Positions 34,535 through 42,834 of a stretch of DNA of 64,000 bases are shown here, in pieces. Location: the IMG/VR virus record IMGVR_UViG_3300027985_000843, positions 62,001 to 126,000 of that record; one strand, written 5' to 3'. Within the stretch, counting starts at the first letter, position 1. Each line of letters begins with the position of its first letter. Under the pieces are notes generated by a model that was given only the letters and a program-made list of their open reading frames with translations, had not been told where the DNA came from and did no database searches. The translations under genes and the position numbers were made by a program.

Positions 34535-35142
34535 GGGTTCCAGAAGCTGAAGGTCAGCGAGAAGTTCCAGTTGTGGTGCCAGCTGCCCCACGTCAAACCG
34601 TAGCCGCTGTAGGCCCCGAAGTTCTCCGTGAGGTCGATGCCCACCCCACCACCGATGCTGCGGTAGCCCAGGGCGGCATTGAGGTTGACCCAGTCGTAGT
34701 ACAGGAAGTCGGCCATGAAGCCCGCATCCGTCACATCGCGGAACTCTTGCGAGTCCCCATAGAGGGCTTCCAAGGGCAGCAACCCCATGTACGCCTTCGG
34801 CCGGAAGCGGAAGCCCCAGATCGGCGGCTTGTGCATCGCGGCGATCACGTGGACCTCACCCTCAGCCTTGACTTCGTAGTTGCACCAGGTCATCCGCAGA
34901 GTGTAGGGCTCCGGAGCATTCCCCGTGAAGAAGACTCGGCCGTCCCTGTCCACGACAATCCGGATGGGGTCCAGCTCGAACGTTGGCTTCTCGTCGAGCT
35001 GGCACTGCTTCTCCCGAAGCAACGTGGCGAAGACACGCATGTCCTTCTCGGGCACGCACATCGACGGCTCCGCACACTCTTGAGCCGACGCCACCGACGA
35101 CAATAGCAGGACCGCCAGAACGAACAGCCACCGGTGCATCAC
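34531..35142 (-). CDS. Secreted or outer-membrane protein (signal peptide, aromatic beta-strand C-terminus)
   Basis: MMHRWLFVLAVLLLSSVASA|QE signal; alternating strands ending NWNFSLTFSFWNP. Confidence 0.65.
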   Translation of the reverse strand: MMHRWLFVLAVLLLSSVASAQECAEPSMCVPEKDMRVFATLLREKQCQLDEKPTFELDPIRIVVDRDGRVFFTGNAPEPYTLRMTWCNYEVKAEGEVHVIAAMHKPPIWGFRFRPKAYMGLLPLEALYGDSQEFRDVTDAGFMADFLYYDWVNLNAALGYRSIGGGVGIDLTENFGAYSGYGLTWGSWHHNWNFSLTFSFWNP

Positions 35143-35888
35143 TGTCTCCTCTCCAGACGAGCTTTCAGCTCACGGGTGGCCGCCGCCAGCTCCTTGAGGT
35201 TCTGCGTCGAGCTGGGGCTGCCTTCGCCCGTGTTGATCCAGTTCCAGAAGTCGGGCGTCTCACACAGCTCGCACGAGGTCCCGGACTCCTTCCAGTCTTT
35301 CGACCCCCGCTCGTAACCCCACCCGAGCCCATAGTGGTGGGCAAGGGAGTTCATACACGCCTCACAGGCCGTAGCAGCCACGAGAATCGAGTCTTCAACC
35401 GACAGGGGCCGGAGGACCTTGCCATGCCTCAAGGCCGCTTCCTGGACCTCCTGGGACGACGGGCGAGCCATTGCGAGAGCGAGGTCTGTCGGCCAAGTCG
35501 ACTCGCCCGACAGGAGTGTGTAACTGCCGCTCGAATCCCACTTGTCCGGCCAAGGCTCGCCGATGTTCCGAACTTGTGTCCCTTTGCAACGTGCGCACTC
35601 CCGACCCTCTACCCCCTCGACCCACCCGTAAGTCTTGCGAAGGTCCTCTTCCGGATGAGGGCAGGTCGCAACCTCTTCGGGCAGAATCGTCCGAAGGATG
35701 GAATGCCGAAGGGACGCAGGCATCCGGTCGTGCTGGTAGATGTACCCAGGGGGAGGGACATGCCCGTCGCCGGTGCTGAAGTCGGGAATCCACCGCTCGC
35801 CCGCCTCGTTCTCGAACCACAGGGACGGGAGCAGCTGGAACCTCTGAGCGAGGCGGTAGCGAAAGACGATGCGAGCTGCGAGGTTCAT
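35139..35888 (-). CDS. Cys-rich hypothetical protein with N-terminal RIVFRY motif
   Basis: ATG 35888 in ATGA overlap; CPH, CARC, CEAC, CELC. Confidence 0.7.
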   Translation of the reverse strand: MNLAARIVFRYRLAQRFQLLPSLWFENEAGERWIPDFSTGDGHVPPPGYIYQHDRMPASLRHSILRTILPEEVATCPHPEEDLRKTYGWVEGVEGRECARCKGTQVRNIGEPWPDKWDSSGSYTLLSGESTWPTDLALAMARPSSQEVQEAALRHGKVLRPLSVEDSILVAATACEACMNSLAHHYGLGWGYERGSKDWKESGTSCELCETPDFWNWINTGEGSPSSTQNLKELAAATRELKARLERRQ

Positions 35889-36643
35889 AGAGAGCCCTCG
35901 ATGTCTGTCTGTTTGCGTTGCCAATACGCCTTAACACCGCGTGCAATACTGGCCTTGTGCTCTTCAGACAGTTCGCTCGGACCTTTACCCTTACGGCCTC
36001 TAGAGATTCGGGCCAGGGTTTCCGGAGTTCTCTTTCGACCCCTGTTTGCCGCAGCCACCTTTTCTACATGTTCAGGGGATAACTTCCGACCCACGCGAGC
36101 CGCAGCCATTTTGGCTTTGGTCTCCTCGGACAAGGGTTTTCCTTTGAGTGCTTCGGACACCTTTCTTCCGACCTCCGGATCTCTTTTCTTGCCCTTTTTG
36201 GCCTGAGACATTTTAGCTCTGGTCTCTGGGGATAGCTTCCTCCCTCTCAAGGCAGCGGCTACTTTGGCAACAGCTTCTGGCGACTTTTTTCGTCCTTTCA
36301 TGACTTTGGATAGCTTTTCCTTAGTCTCAGAACTCAGGGATTTACCACCCAAGCCCCCACTATCCAAGTTGTAGCCACGTGTCAGGTCGGTTGAGCTGTA
36401 GTGCTTGATCCAACGACGCTCTGCACAAAGGGCGTCGTCCTCTGTGTCGAATTCTTCCAGCACTTCCACCACGAAATTGTCGATGCCGTGCTTTCTCATG
36501 GCTCTGACAATCAACATATGGTGATGACTTCTTTTGGAAGCACTCACGTGCTGAGCCCATCGATGGCTCATATGGTTGGTCTTGCCCACATAGACCTTAC
36601 CATTCACAAGATTCTTGATGAGGTACACGCACGGCCGTTTCAT
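35885..36643 (-). mobile_element. Free-standing GIY-YIG homing endonuclease with tandem NUMOD3 repeats
   Basis: VYLIKN..NGKVYVGKT, R...H, E, GYNL..GG; about eight 17-aa K(L/R)S.E...K.S.A..G repeats; lower GC (31/60 in line 36241). Confidence 0.9.
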
Positions 36644-37176
36644 TGGTACCTCCTAAGCAAGTCGTCCACCTCCTCAGCAGATACACCGGAGTTGTCTTTC
36701 ACCGAAACAACAAAAGTTCCAGGTTGAACAACGATGACCTAGTCTACACTTGAAGAATGAACTCCGTCGGGAAGCACGATCTCGACGGGATCCTTCTCTC
36801 CAGGTGGAACAATCTTGACGATGCCCGGGTCACCAAACAGGCCAGGCTTTTCGATGGGCACAACCACTGCTTGCGTCTGCCCCTTCGAGTCTGGCGTCCC
36901 GGGAGGGATGAGCTTGCCATCCTTGTCCACTCGGGCCTTCGGCACAGAGTTGGCGACGTCGATGGCCTTGTTGCCTGTGGCCTTCTTGTCCTCCTTGCCG
37001 AACAGCTTGTTGAGCAACCCACCGATCTGGACATCCTTCACGCCGAGAACAACAAGGATGATGGCACCCACCACGATGAGGATGGCCGGGAGGGGCGCGG
37101 CGATCCAACGGAAGACCCGCTTGATCCACGTCCAAGAAGCATCCCAGAAGGTGGGTTCCTTCTCCGCCTCACTCAT
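36640..37176 (-). CDS. N-terminally anchored membrane protein with an in-frame TAG at 36739..36741
   Basis: TM segment PLPAILIVVGAIILVVLG; 32 sense codons continue in frame after TAG to a TGA overlapping the next ATG. Confidence 0.65.
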
Positions 37177-37591
37177 CGCCCGCTGGCTCCGGGGCCTTCG
37201 CGGCAGGCAGGTCGCTCTCATCGACGATGTCGAACTTCTTGAGCACGATCTTCTTCAGGATCTTGTAGATGAAGCCCGAGAAGAAACCAACCACGATCCC
37301 GAAGAACAGACGAGCTGAGAAGCTATCGAGCCCCTGAGGGAAGGGGTACATCGTCGCCGCCGTCGCTGTGACGCTGCCCCAAGCCACTGGCAGAACGTAG
37401 AGAATCACCTCGTTCCACCACCGAGCGAAGGTCGTCTTGTAGGTTGCGCCGGCTACGTTGGCATCGACCACCTTCTTGGCCGTCGGGATGGCCGTCTCGA
37501 CCACCTTGCGGGTCAGGAAGGTGAGGATCCAGCACATCAGCCCAAAGATGAGCGTGTGCCAACCGAGAAAGTTCGTGAGTGCTTGTTCCAT
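37169..37591 (-). CDS. Holin-like three-TM membrane protein
   Basis: Three hydrophobic segments and a charged C-terminal tail; AGGAGG SD. Confidence 0.6.
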   Translation of the reverse strand: MEQALTNFLGWHTLIFGLMCWILTFLTRKVVETAIPTAKKVVDANVAGATYKTTFARWWNEVILYVLPVAWGSVTATAATMYPFPQGLDSFSARLFFGIVVGFFSGFIYKILKKIVLKKFDIVDESDLPAAKAPEPAGDE

Positions 37592-37628
37592 GATAATGGC
37601 CTCCTACTAGGAGCCTCGAACAATAAGA

Positions 37629-37865
37629 CTAGGAGCCGTCGTCGACGTTGACATCTTCGGCGATCTCGACCCGGTGGTCGTTGGTCGGCAACGTGCCAGC
37701 GGCCCATTGATTGATGCGGTTGATACGTTCGAGCACGTTCGCCCTCTGCTCTTCTGTGAGCACAGGATTACCAAGAGAGTCCCGAAGCTGCGCGAGGCTC
37801 TTGGATGCAGTCGCCCTACGGCGTACCGTAGGAATGCTCAGGTAGTTCTTGTGGTTGACAGCCAT
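37629..37865 (-). CDS. Small hypothetical protein
   Basis: GAGG SD; helical hairpin composition. Confidence 0.65.
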   Translation of the reverse strand: MAVNHKNYLSIPTVRRRATASKSLAQLRDSLGNPVLTEEQRANVLERINRINQWAAGTLPTNDHRVEIAEDVNVDDGS

Positions 37866-37873
37866 CAGTTACC

Positions 37874-40800
37874 TCAGTCCATGCTCAGCGGAGTCTTCTT
37901 GGCAAGGTCGATCGAGGTCGGGTCGACATCGAAGCGGACGTTGTCAGACACGAGAGGGTGACCAGGCAGGCGATACAGGTCGACAGCTGAGACTGTCTCA
38001 CCCGTGCCATTGGTGCCGCTCTGAATCACGATATTCCGAGTCGTGCCAGTCTTGAGCTGCGTGCCGGAAGTCACAACCAACAGCATCAGCTCACCACCCG
38101 CAGACACCTCGGTCGAACCGATGTTCGTGACCGTGTTGCGAACCAGGTACGCCGATCCCGCGAGAACCGTGGAGAAGCTCGGGGAGGTGCCTGCCGTCTG
38201 GAACTGCATCGCGAACTCGCCACCCGGATGCGGAGGGAAGGCCGTGAAGCCCGAGCCGCCTCGGTTGGTTCTGAAGTTCACCAGCAGTCCGTAGTTGCCC
38301 TGCTCGCCGTCGACGTGGACGACAACCTCGCCCGGCTGACCGGACGACAGGCTGGACGTCCCCACCAACAGTCCCGCCGCCTCATAGGAAGAGTTGACCG
38401 CAATGCTGCTCGGCAAGATACCCGGCCCGTACGAGTCCGTGTACATGAACGGGGTGGGGACTTGGCTGCTCACGCCACCGATGAAGTCGCCCTTGAAGTC
38501 CTTGTCCAGCAACCCAGCTCCGAGCGGGAGCCGTTCAATGCACCCGTGGTAGGCCGTTCCGATAGCCCCTGCATGTGTTGAGTCCAAAGCGGCGAGGGCG
38601 AGGGTCGGGCGAGGATCAAGGGCTGAAGTGATAGGATTGGTCCAGTCCTCATAGCCCACGTTGCGGAAGTCGAGCGAGGTCGCAGAGGGCGAGAGGTCTC
38701 CAGAGAGGCGCCCCGTCCCAAGCGTCGTGAGGAAGCTGCGGGAAGCCAGGACCTCCAGCGCCTTCTGATTCGGTCGTGTGAGGGCTGCCTCATTGAGTTC
38801 CGTCGACAGGAGTTGGTAGAGCGTCGACGTCAGAAGCGGCCCCTGCTTGTGTTGGATGTCCTGTTGCAAGGTCTGACTACCCCACGCGTCGCCCTGGTAC
38901 GGGGTCCGTGAGTAGTTGACCGCGATCTCGTCGCTGTTGATGGCCGGGGCCGGGATGACGAGGTTCGGGGTGGACGTCTCCGCCTGAGAAATGGGGCCGT
39001 AGTTATTCGTTCGAGTGGCGCTCTTCGTTTCGAGCCGCTCCCGAGTCAGGACGAAACGGAAGTCGCTGTTGAGGTCGAAGCTCCCCCGGTCGAATCCGAA
39101 GATGTTCGCCTCGATGACGTAGTGCCCCGCTGCGAAGGACGAGATGAGGTTCGGGCTCTTCGTGATGTCGATGGCTTCGGCATTGAGGATGAACGTGCTG
39201 TCACCGTCGTCATCGATCTCGATCCAGAAGACAGGGCCGTTGAAGTTCTGCCGCAGCAAGTTCGCTGCCCCACCACCCACGTACTGTCGGGTGGTCGCGT
39301 CGTAATTCGACCCGTTGTCGCTGTAGTCCTCCGCCTCGTACACCGCGAACAACCGAGCGATGCCGTAGAAGGGCGGCATCTCCAGGCCCTCTCGACCAAG
39401 AGCCCGGGTCTCCGTGTACTGCCGCATGCCGGCGTACGTGATGCCGCTGTAGGTGAGCTGGGCATTGTAGGTCGCCGCTGCCGGAGCTGGGTACGTGTTG
39501 AGGTCCGCTGTCGAGAACACCGCGTAGGACAAGCTGCCGTTCTCGAAAGGCACGAAGTTCTTCTCTGAGGCGGGCCCGGTCGTCTTGTCGCCCTTGGTGG
39601 TGAGCACCATGAAGTTGACGCCCTCATCCCACACCGTGTTGTCCGTGTGGATGATGGGAGCATGCACCGCACCCCAACCTGGGATGAGCTTGCGAGGCAT
39701 CGGCATGCAGATGTTGTTGGTGTTGGTGTCCGGGTCGGTCTCACCAGCGAACAGCTCCAGTGGGTCCGTAGTCGCCCACTTGGCAGCACCGCTGATATCG
39801 TTCAGGGGCATGAGCCCTTGCGTATGATAGACGGTAAACGTGCTGACGGCCGCCGGTGCGGTTCTGTCAAGGACAAGGTTGTGGGCGTCGCTCACAGACG
39901 ACACGTAGTAGAAGCCCGTGGCCGCCCCGGTGTCGATGACGATCACGTCCCCTTGGAGGATGGATGCGAGGAAGTTCGCCGAAGCACTGTTGAACGCGGT
40001 TGTGCCGTTCGTGGTGCCGTCCGCGTAGGTCATGACCACCGTGTCCGTGTTCCAGTTGATGTTCGCGCCGTCGAGCGTCTGGAACGTTTGCGGCAGCACG
40101 ATGCGTCGGAACGGGGTCAAGATGACGGTCTTGCTGCCCGGGTCCACATAGGCGGAGGCCGTGACGGGCAACAGGTTGTTGTACACCGAGTCCCTGTACT
40201 TGGACCACAGCGGCGCCCAGGCCGTCGACAGCGGGGTGTTGTCCGCCGGCACACCGATCTGGGGGAGCAAGATTTCCGTGCTGCCGCTGAGGTACGAGAC
40301 GCTGTGAATGAGGTCAGGACGACGGCTGATACCTCGACCCGGCCCCCACATGACGTGGAAGGTGATGATCAGGTGCCTGTCCGTGGGCGAGGGGTCGATG
40401 TTCAAGAGAGTGATCACGAGGTCATCGTTGGGCCCTGTGATGGGGGTCACAGTGAAGTCGACGCCCTCCACCATGGGGGTAGCCATGCCATCGACACGGA
40501 TGGACACAGCCCCTGCGTTCGATAGGAACTGAACTTGGTCAGCGTCCGCCGCAGGCAGGCTGTTCTTGAGTTGAGCGATCGGAATGGTCAGGATGTCGCC
40601 CGCATCGAAGACCCCGATGCCGCCTCCTTGATTGGTATGCACACCCGTCAGCCCAAGAGACCAGCTCGTGGTGATGGGCGTTCCAGAACCCGTGCCGGGC
40701 GTCGCGATGAACTCCATCGACTGGATCATGGCCGCATCTGAGTACACCGTCCGATACCCGTCAGGAGCATCGAGCAAGGTGACGCCGAGAGCAGGGGCCG

Positions 40801-42178
40801 ACGCAGAGATCTTGTCCTGATACGACACGAACGGGCCTTGGGGTCCAGCACCCGACCGCTTCCACGTGCCTCGCAACTCGCCTCTGAGCAGCTTGTCGAG
40901 ACCCTGGTACAGCATCGAGTTGTAGTCGAACCCGTTCGGGTTGACTGTGTGGCGCAGGTCGAGGATGTCCGTCTTGACGATTTGGTCGCTGTACAGCTCG
41001 TCGGGCCGACCCGACAACACAGCGATCGTCGCCCCCGCCTTGTGGACTTCGGCCTTCGTGCCGAGGTACCCACGGTTGGTCAGAGTCATGGTCGTACCGG
41101 TGATCACCGAGTAGGTCATGATCTCATCGTCGACCTTGATCACGACGGAGGAAGCCGGGGTGAGAGGAAGCGGGATGCCCGTGGCCGACACAAGTGTGAG
41201 CGACACATCGGCCGCAGTGATATTCGCCGCCAGGGTCGGGGTGGCCGTGAAGGTTGTCGCCCCTGTTCTGTCAGTCGCAGTGGGGTTACGATTGAACCCA
41301 CCATTGAGGTTCTGACCAGGGTCGCCGTCCCATGCCACGCTGTTGCGCCGGAACACGGCACACAGGGGGATTGCGTAGACGTAGCCGTCCACGGTCCCCA
41401 GAGCGTTGTCGGTCCCGTCGCCGGCCCTCCAGAGCCCCGCATCGCCCAATTCCTGACGCATGTTGGTGAAGGTGTAACTTGTGTCGGCAGCAGCCGCGCC
41501 ACGAGCCTTGACCACCGTCGGATCGAACCCGTCTGGATAGGAGGTGAGGCCCACGAGGCCACTCACCACTCGGATGCGGTATTGCAGTTGCACTCGCTGG
41601 GCCGTCTCGATGCCCAGAGCAGGGTCCTTCATGTCGTCGGCCAAGTAGGTGTAGCCACCCTCGACGTTGCCGTACCGATAGACGGTGGCCGCCCCCGGCT
41701 TGTTGGTCAGGCTGGGGTTGGGGGCGAGCTTTGCCTGCCACACCTCAAGGAAGGCAAAGTCAATCCGGCTGTCCCCCGAGTTCGAGGGAGGCGGGTCGAG
41801 CTTGATCTTGTTCCACGTGTCCGCATCATTGGGGCTGCCCGGAGGGGTGCCCGTGCCGGTGCCCGTAACGGGGATCAACCAGCCATTGACACACGCCCAC
41901 TGGACAGCCATGACCTCGCCAGTCTTTTGTTGACCGAATCGGAACCAGTTGGACCATGACGCGCTCGTGAGGTAGTCGTCCCCTGAGTTGGTCACGTTCG
42001 ACAACCAACCCGAAGGCGTTCCTCGCAAGGTCAGAATCCGACGCCAGTCGTCGGTAAGCTGTTGCAAGAAGTTGAACTCAGCGTCCATCGGGGGCTTTCC
42101 CTGTTGCAGGATGACCTGCACCATGGCCGCTTGATTGGGGTTGAGAACCCGCGAGACGCCTGTTCCAAAGTTCGTCAT
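37874..42178 (-). CDS. Large virion structural protein (baseplate/tail-associated), paralogue of 44832..47396
   Basis: 1434 aa, G/T/D-rich beta composition; N-terminal blocks shared with the 854-aa protein. Confidence 0.75.
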   Translation of the reverse strand: MTNFGTGVSRVLNPNQAAMVQVILQQGKPPMDAEFNFLQQLTDDWRRILTLRGTPSGWLSNVTNSGDDYLTSASWSNWFRFGQQKTGEVMAVQWACVNGWLIPVTGTGTGTPPGSPNDADTWNKIKLDPPPSNSGDSRIDFAFLEVWQAKLAPNPSLTNKPGAATVYRYGNVEGGYTYLADDMKDPALGIETAQRVQLQYRIRVVSGLVGLTSYPDGFDPTVVKARGAAAADTSYTFTNMRQELGDAGLWRAGDGTDNALGTVDGYVYAIPLCAVFRRNSVAWDGDPGQNLNGGFNRNPTATDRTGATTFTATPTLAANITAADVSLTLVSATGIPLPLTPASSVVIKVDDEIMTYSVITGTTMTLTNRGYLGTKAEVHKAGATIAVLSGRPDELYSDQIVKTDILDLRHTVNPNGFDYNSMLYQGLDKLLRGELRGTWKRSGAGPQGPFVSYQDKISASAPALGVTLLDAPDGYRTVYSDAAMIQSMEFIATPGTGSGTPITTSWSLGLTGVHTNQGGGIGVFDAGDILTIPIAQLKNSLPAADADQVQFLSNAGAVSIRVDGMATPMVEGVDFTVTPITGPNDDLVITLLNIDPSPTDRHLIITFHVMWGPGRGISRRPDLIHSVSYLSGSTEILLPQIGVPADNTPLSTAWAPLWSKYRDSVYNNLLPVTASAYVDPGSKTVILTPFRRIVLPQTFQTLDGANINWNTDTVVMTYADGTTNGTTAFNSASANFLASILQGDVIVIDTGAATGFYYVSSVSDAHNLVLDRTAPAAVSTFTVYHTQGLMPLNDISGAAKWATTDPLELFAGETDPDTNTNNICMPMPRKLIPGWGAVHAPIIHTDNTVWDEGVNFMVLTTKGDKTTGPASEKNFVPFENGSLSYAVFSTADLNTYPAPAAATYNAQLTYSGITYAGMRQYTETRALGREGLEMPPFYGIARLFAVYEAEDYSDNGSNYDATTRQYVGGGAANLLRQNFNGPVFWIEIDDDGDSTFILNAEAIDITKSPNLISSFAAGHYVIEANIFGFDRGSFDLNSDFRFVLTRERLETKSATRTNNYGPISQAETSTPNLVIPAPAINSDEIAVNYSRTPYQGDAWGSQTLQQDIQHKQGPLLTSTLYQLLSTELNEAALTRPNQKALEVLASRSFLTTLGTGRLSGDLSPSATSLDFRNVGYEDWTNPITSALDPRPTLALAALDSTHAGAIGTAYHGCIERLPLGAGLLDKDFKGDFIGGVSSQVPTPFMYTDSYGPGILPSSIAVNSSYEAAGLLVGTSSLSSGQPGEVVVHVDGEQGNYGLLVNFRTNRGGSGFTAFPPHPGGEFAMQFQTAGTSPSFSTVLAGSAYLVRNTVTNIGSTEVSAGGELMLLVVTSGTQLKTGTTRNIVIQSGTNGTGETVSAVDLYRLPGHPLVSDNVRFDVDPTSIDLAKKTPLSMD

Positions 42179-42200
42179 TTTTTCCTCATTCTCATCTGCG

Positions 42201-42833
42201 TCAGTAGACGACAGCCCAGCTTCCTACCCAGAGGCGTCGACCAGAAGAATTGGTGACCCTGAGGACGAACTGCGTACCTTGTTGCCACGCCGGGATGTTG
42301 AACTGCACTCCGTCCGTGACTCCGCTGGAGTAGGACACGCCGTTGTCGAAACTGGCTTGCACAGTCAAGTCTGTGGTGGCCCCTTCGGTGTACTTGCGGA
42401 GCACCACTCCATCGATGTCGTTGTCCCAACTCAGCTCGAAGACCTCCCACGTCATGATGGCCGCCGCCGGAGCTGCCCCCGTCAACGCCACCGCCGACGA
42501 GATGAGAAGACCCCCGTCTTGAATGGATACGTTTCCTCGGTCACCCAGGCCCACTCCAGATGACGCAGCCGCGTTCCAGTTGGTCGCGTCGATACCTTCG
42601 TCATAGCTGATGTAGGTGAAGCCTGGGTAGAAGGCGAGAAGACCCGCGAACTTGTCGGAAAGCAATGCCGTGAGGTTTGCCGGCGTTCCGTCGATCGGAA
42701 CACCAAAAGGCACGTTCACCACGAAGCTTCCGTTGAGCGTTTGAGTGTCTCCGAACTCCAGGGGGATCGTGTCGTTGATCTCCGAGTTCGCGAGGACAGG
42801 GGTGTGCCCGTCAATCAGGAAGATGCTCCCCAT
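42201..42833 (-). CDS. Putative virion structural protein
   Basis: Beta-rich composition; tail gene context. Confidence 0.65.
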   Translation of the reverse strand: MGSIFLIDGHTPVLANSEINDTIPLEFGDTQTLNGSFVVNVPFGVPIDGTPANLTALLSDKFAGLLAFYPGFTYISYDEGIDATNWNAAASSGVGLGDRGNVSIQDGGLLISSAVALTGAAPAAAIMTWEVFELSWDNDIDGVVLRKYTEGATTDLTVQASFDNGVSYSSGVTDGVQFNIPAWQQGTQFVLRVTNSSGRRLWVGSWAVVY

Positions 42834-42834
42834 A

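Noticed and set aside
36739-36741. Genome-wide TAG reassignment (alternative genetic code)
   Set aside because: Only one suspicious TAG was found. Long genes are uninterrupted under the standard code and several genes end sensibly at TAG.
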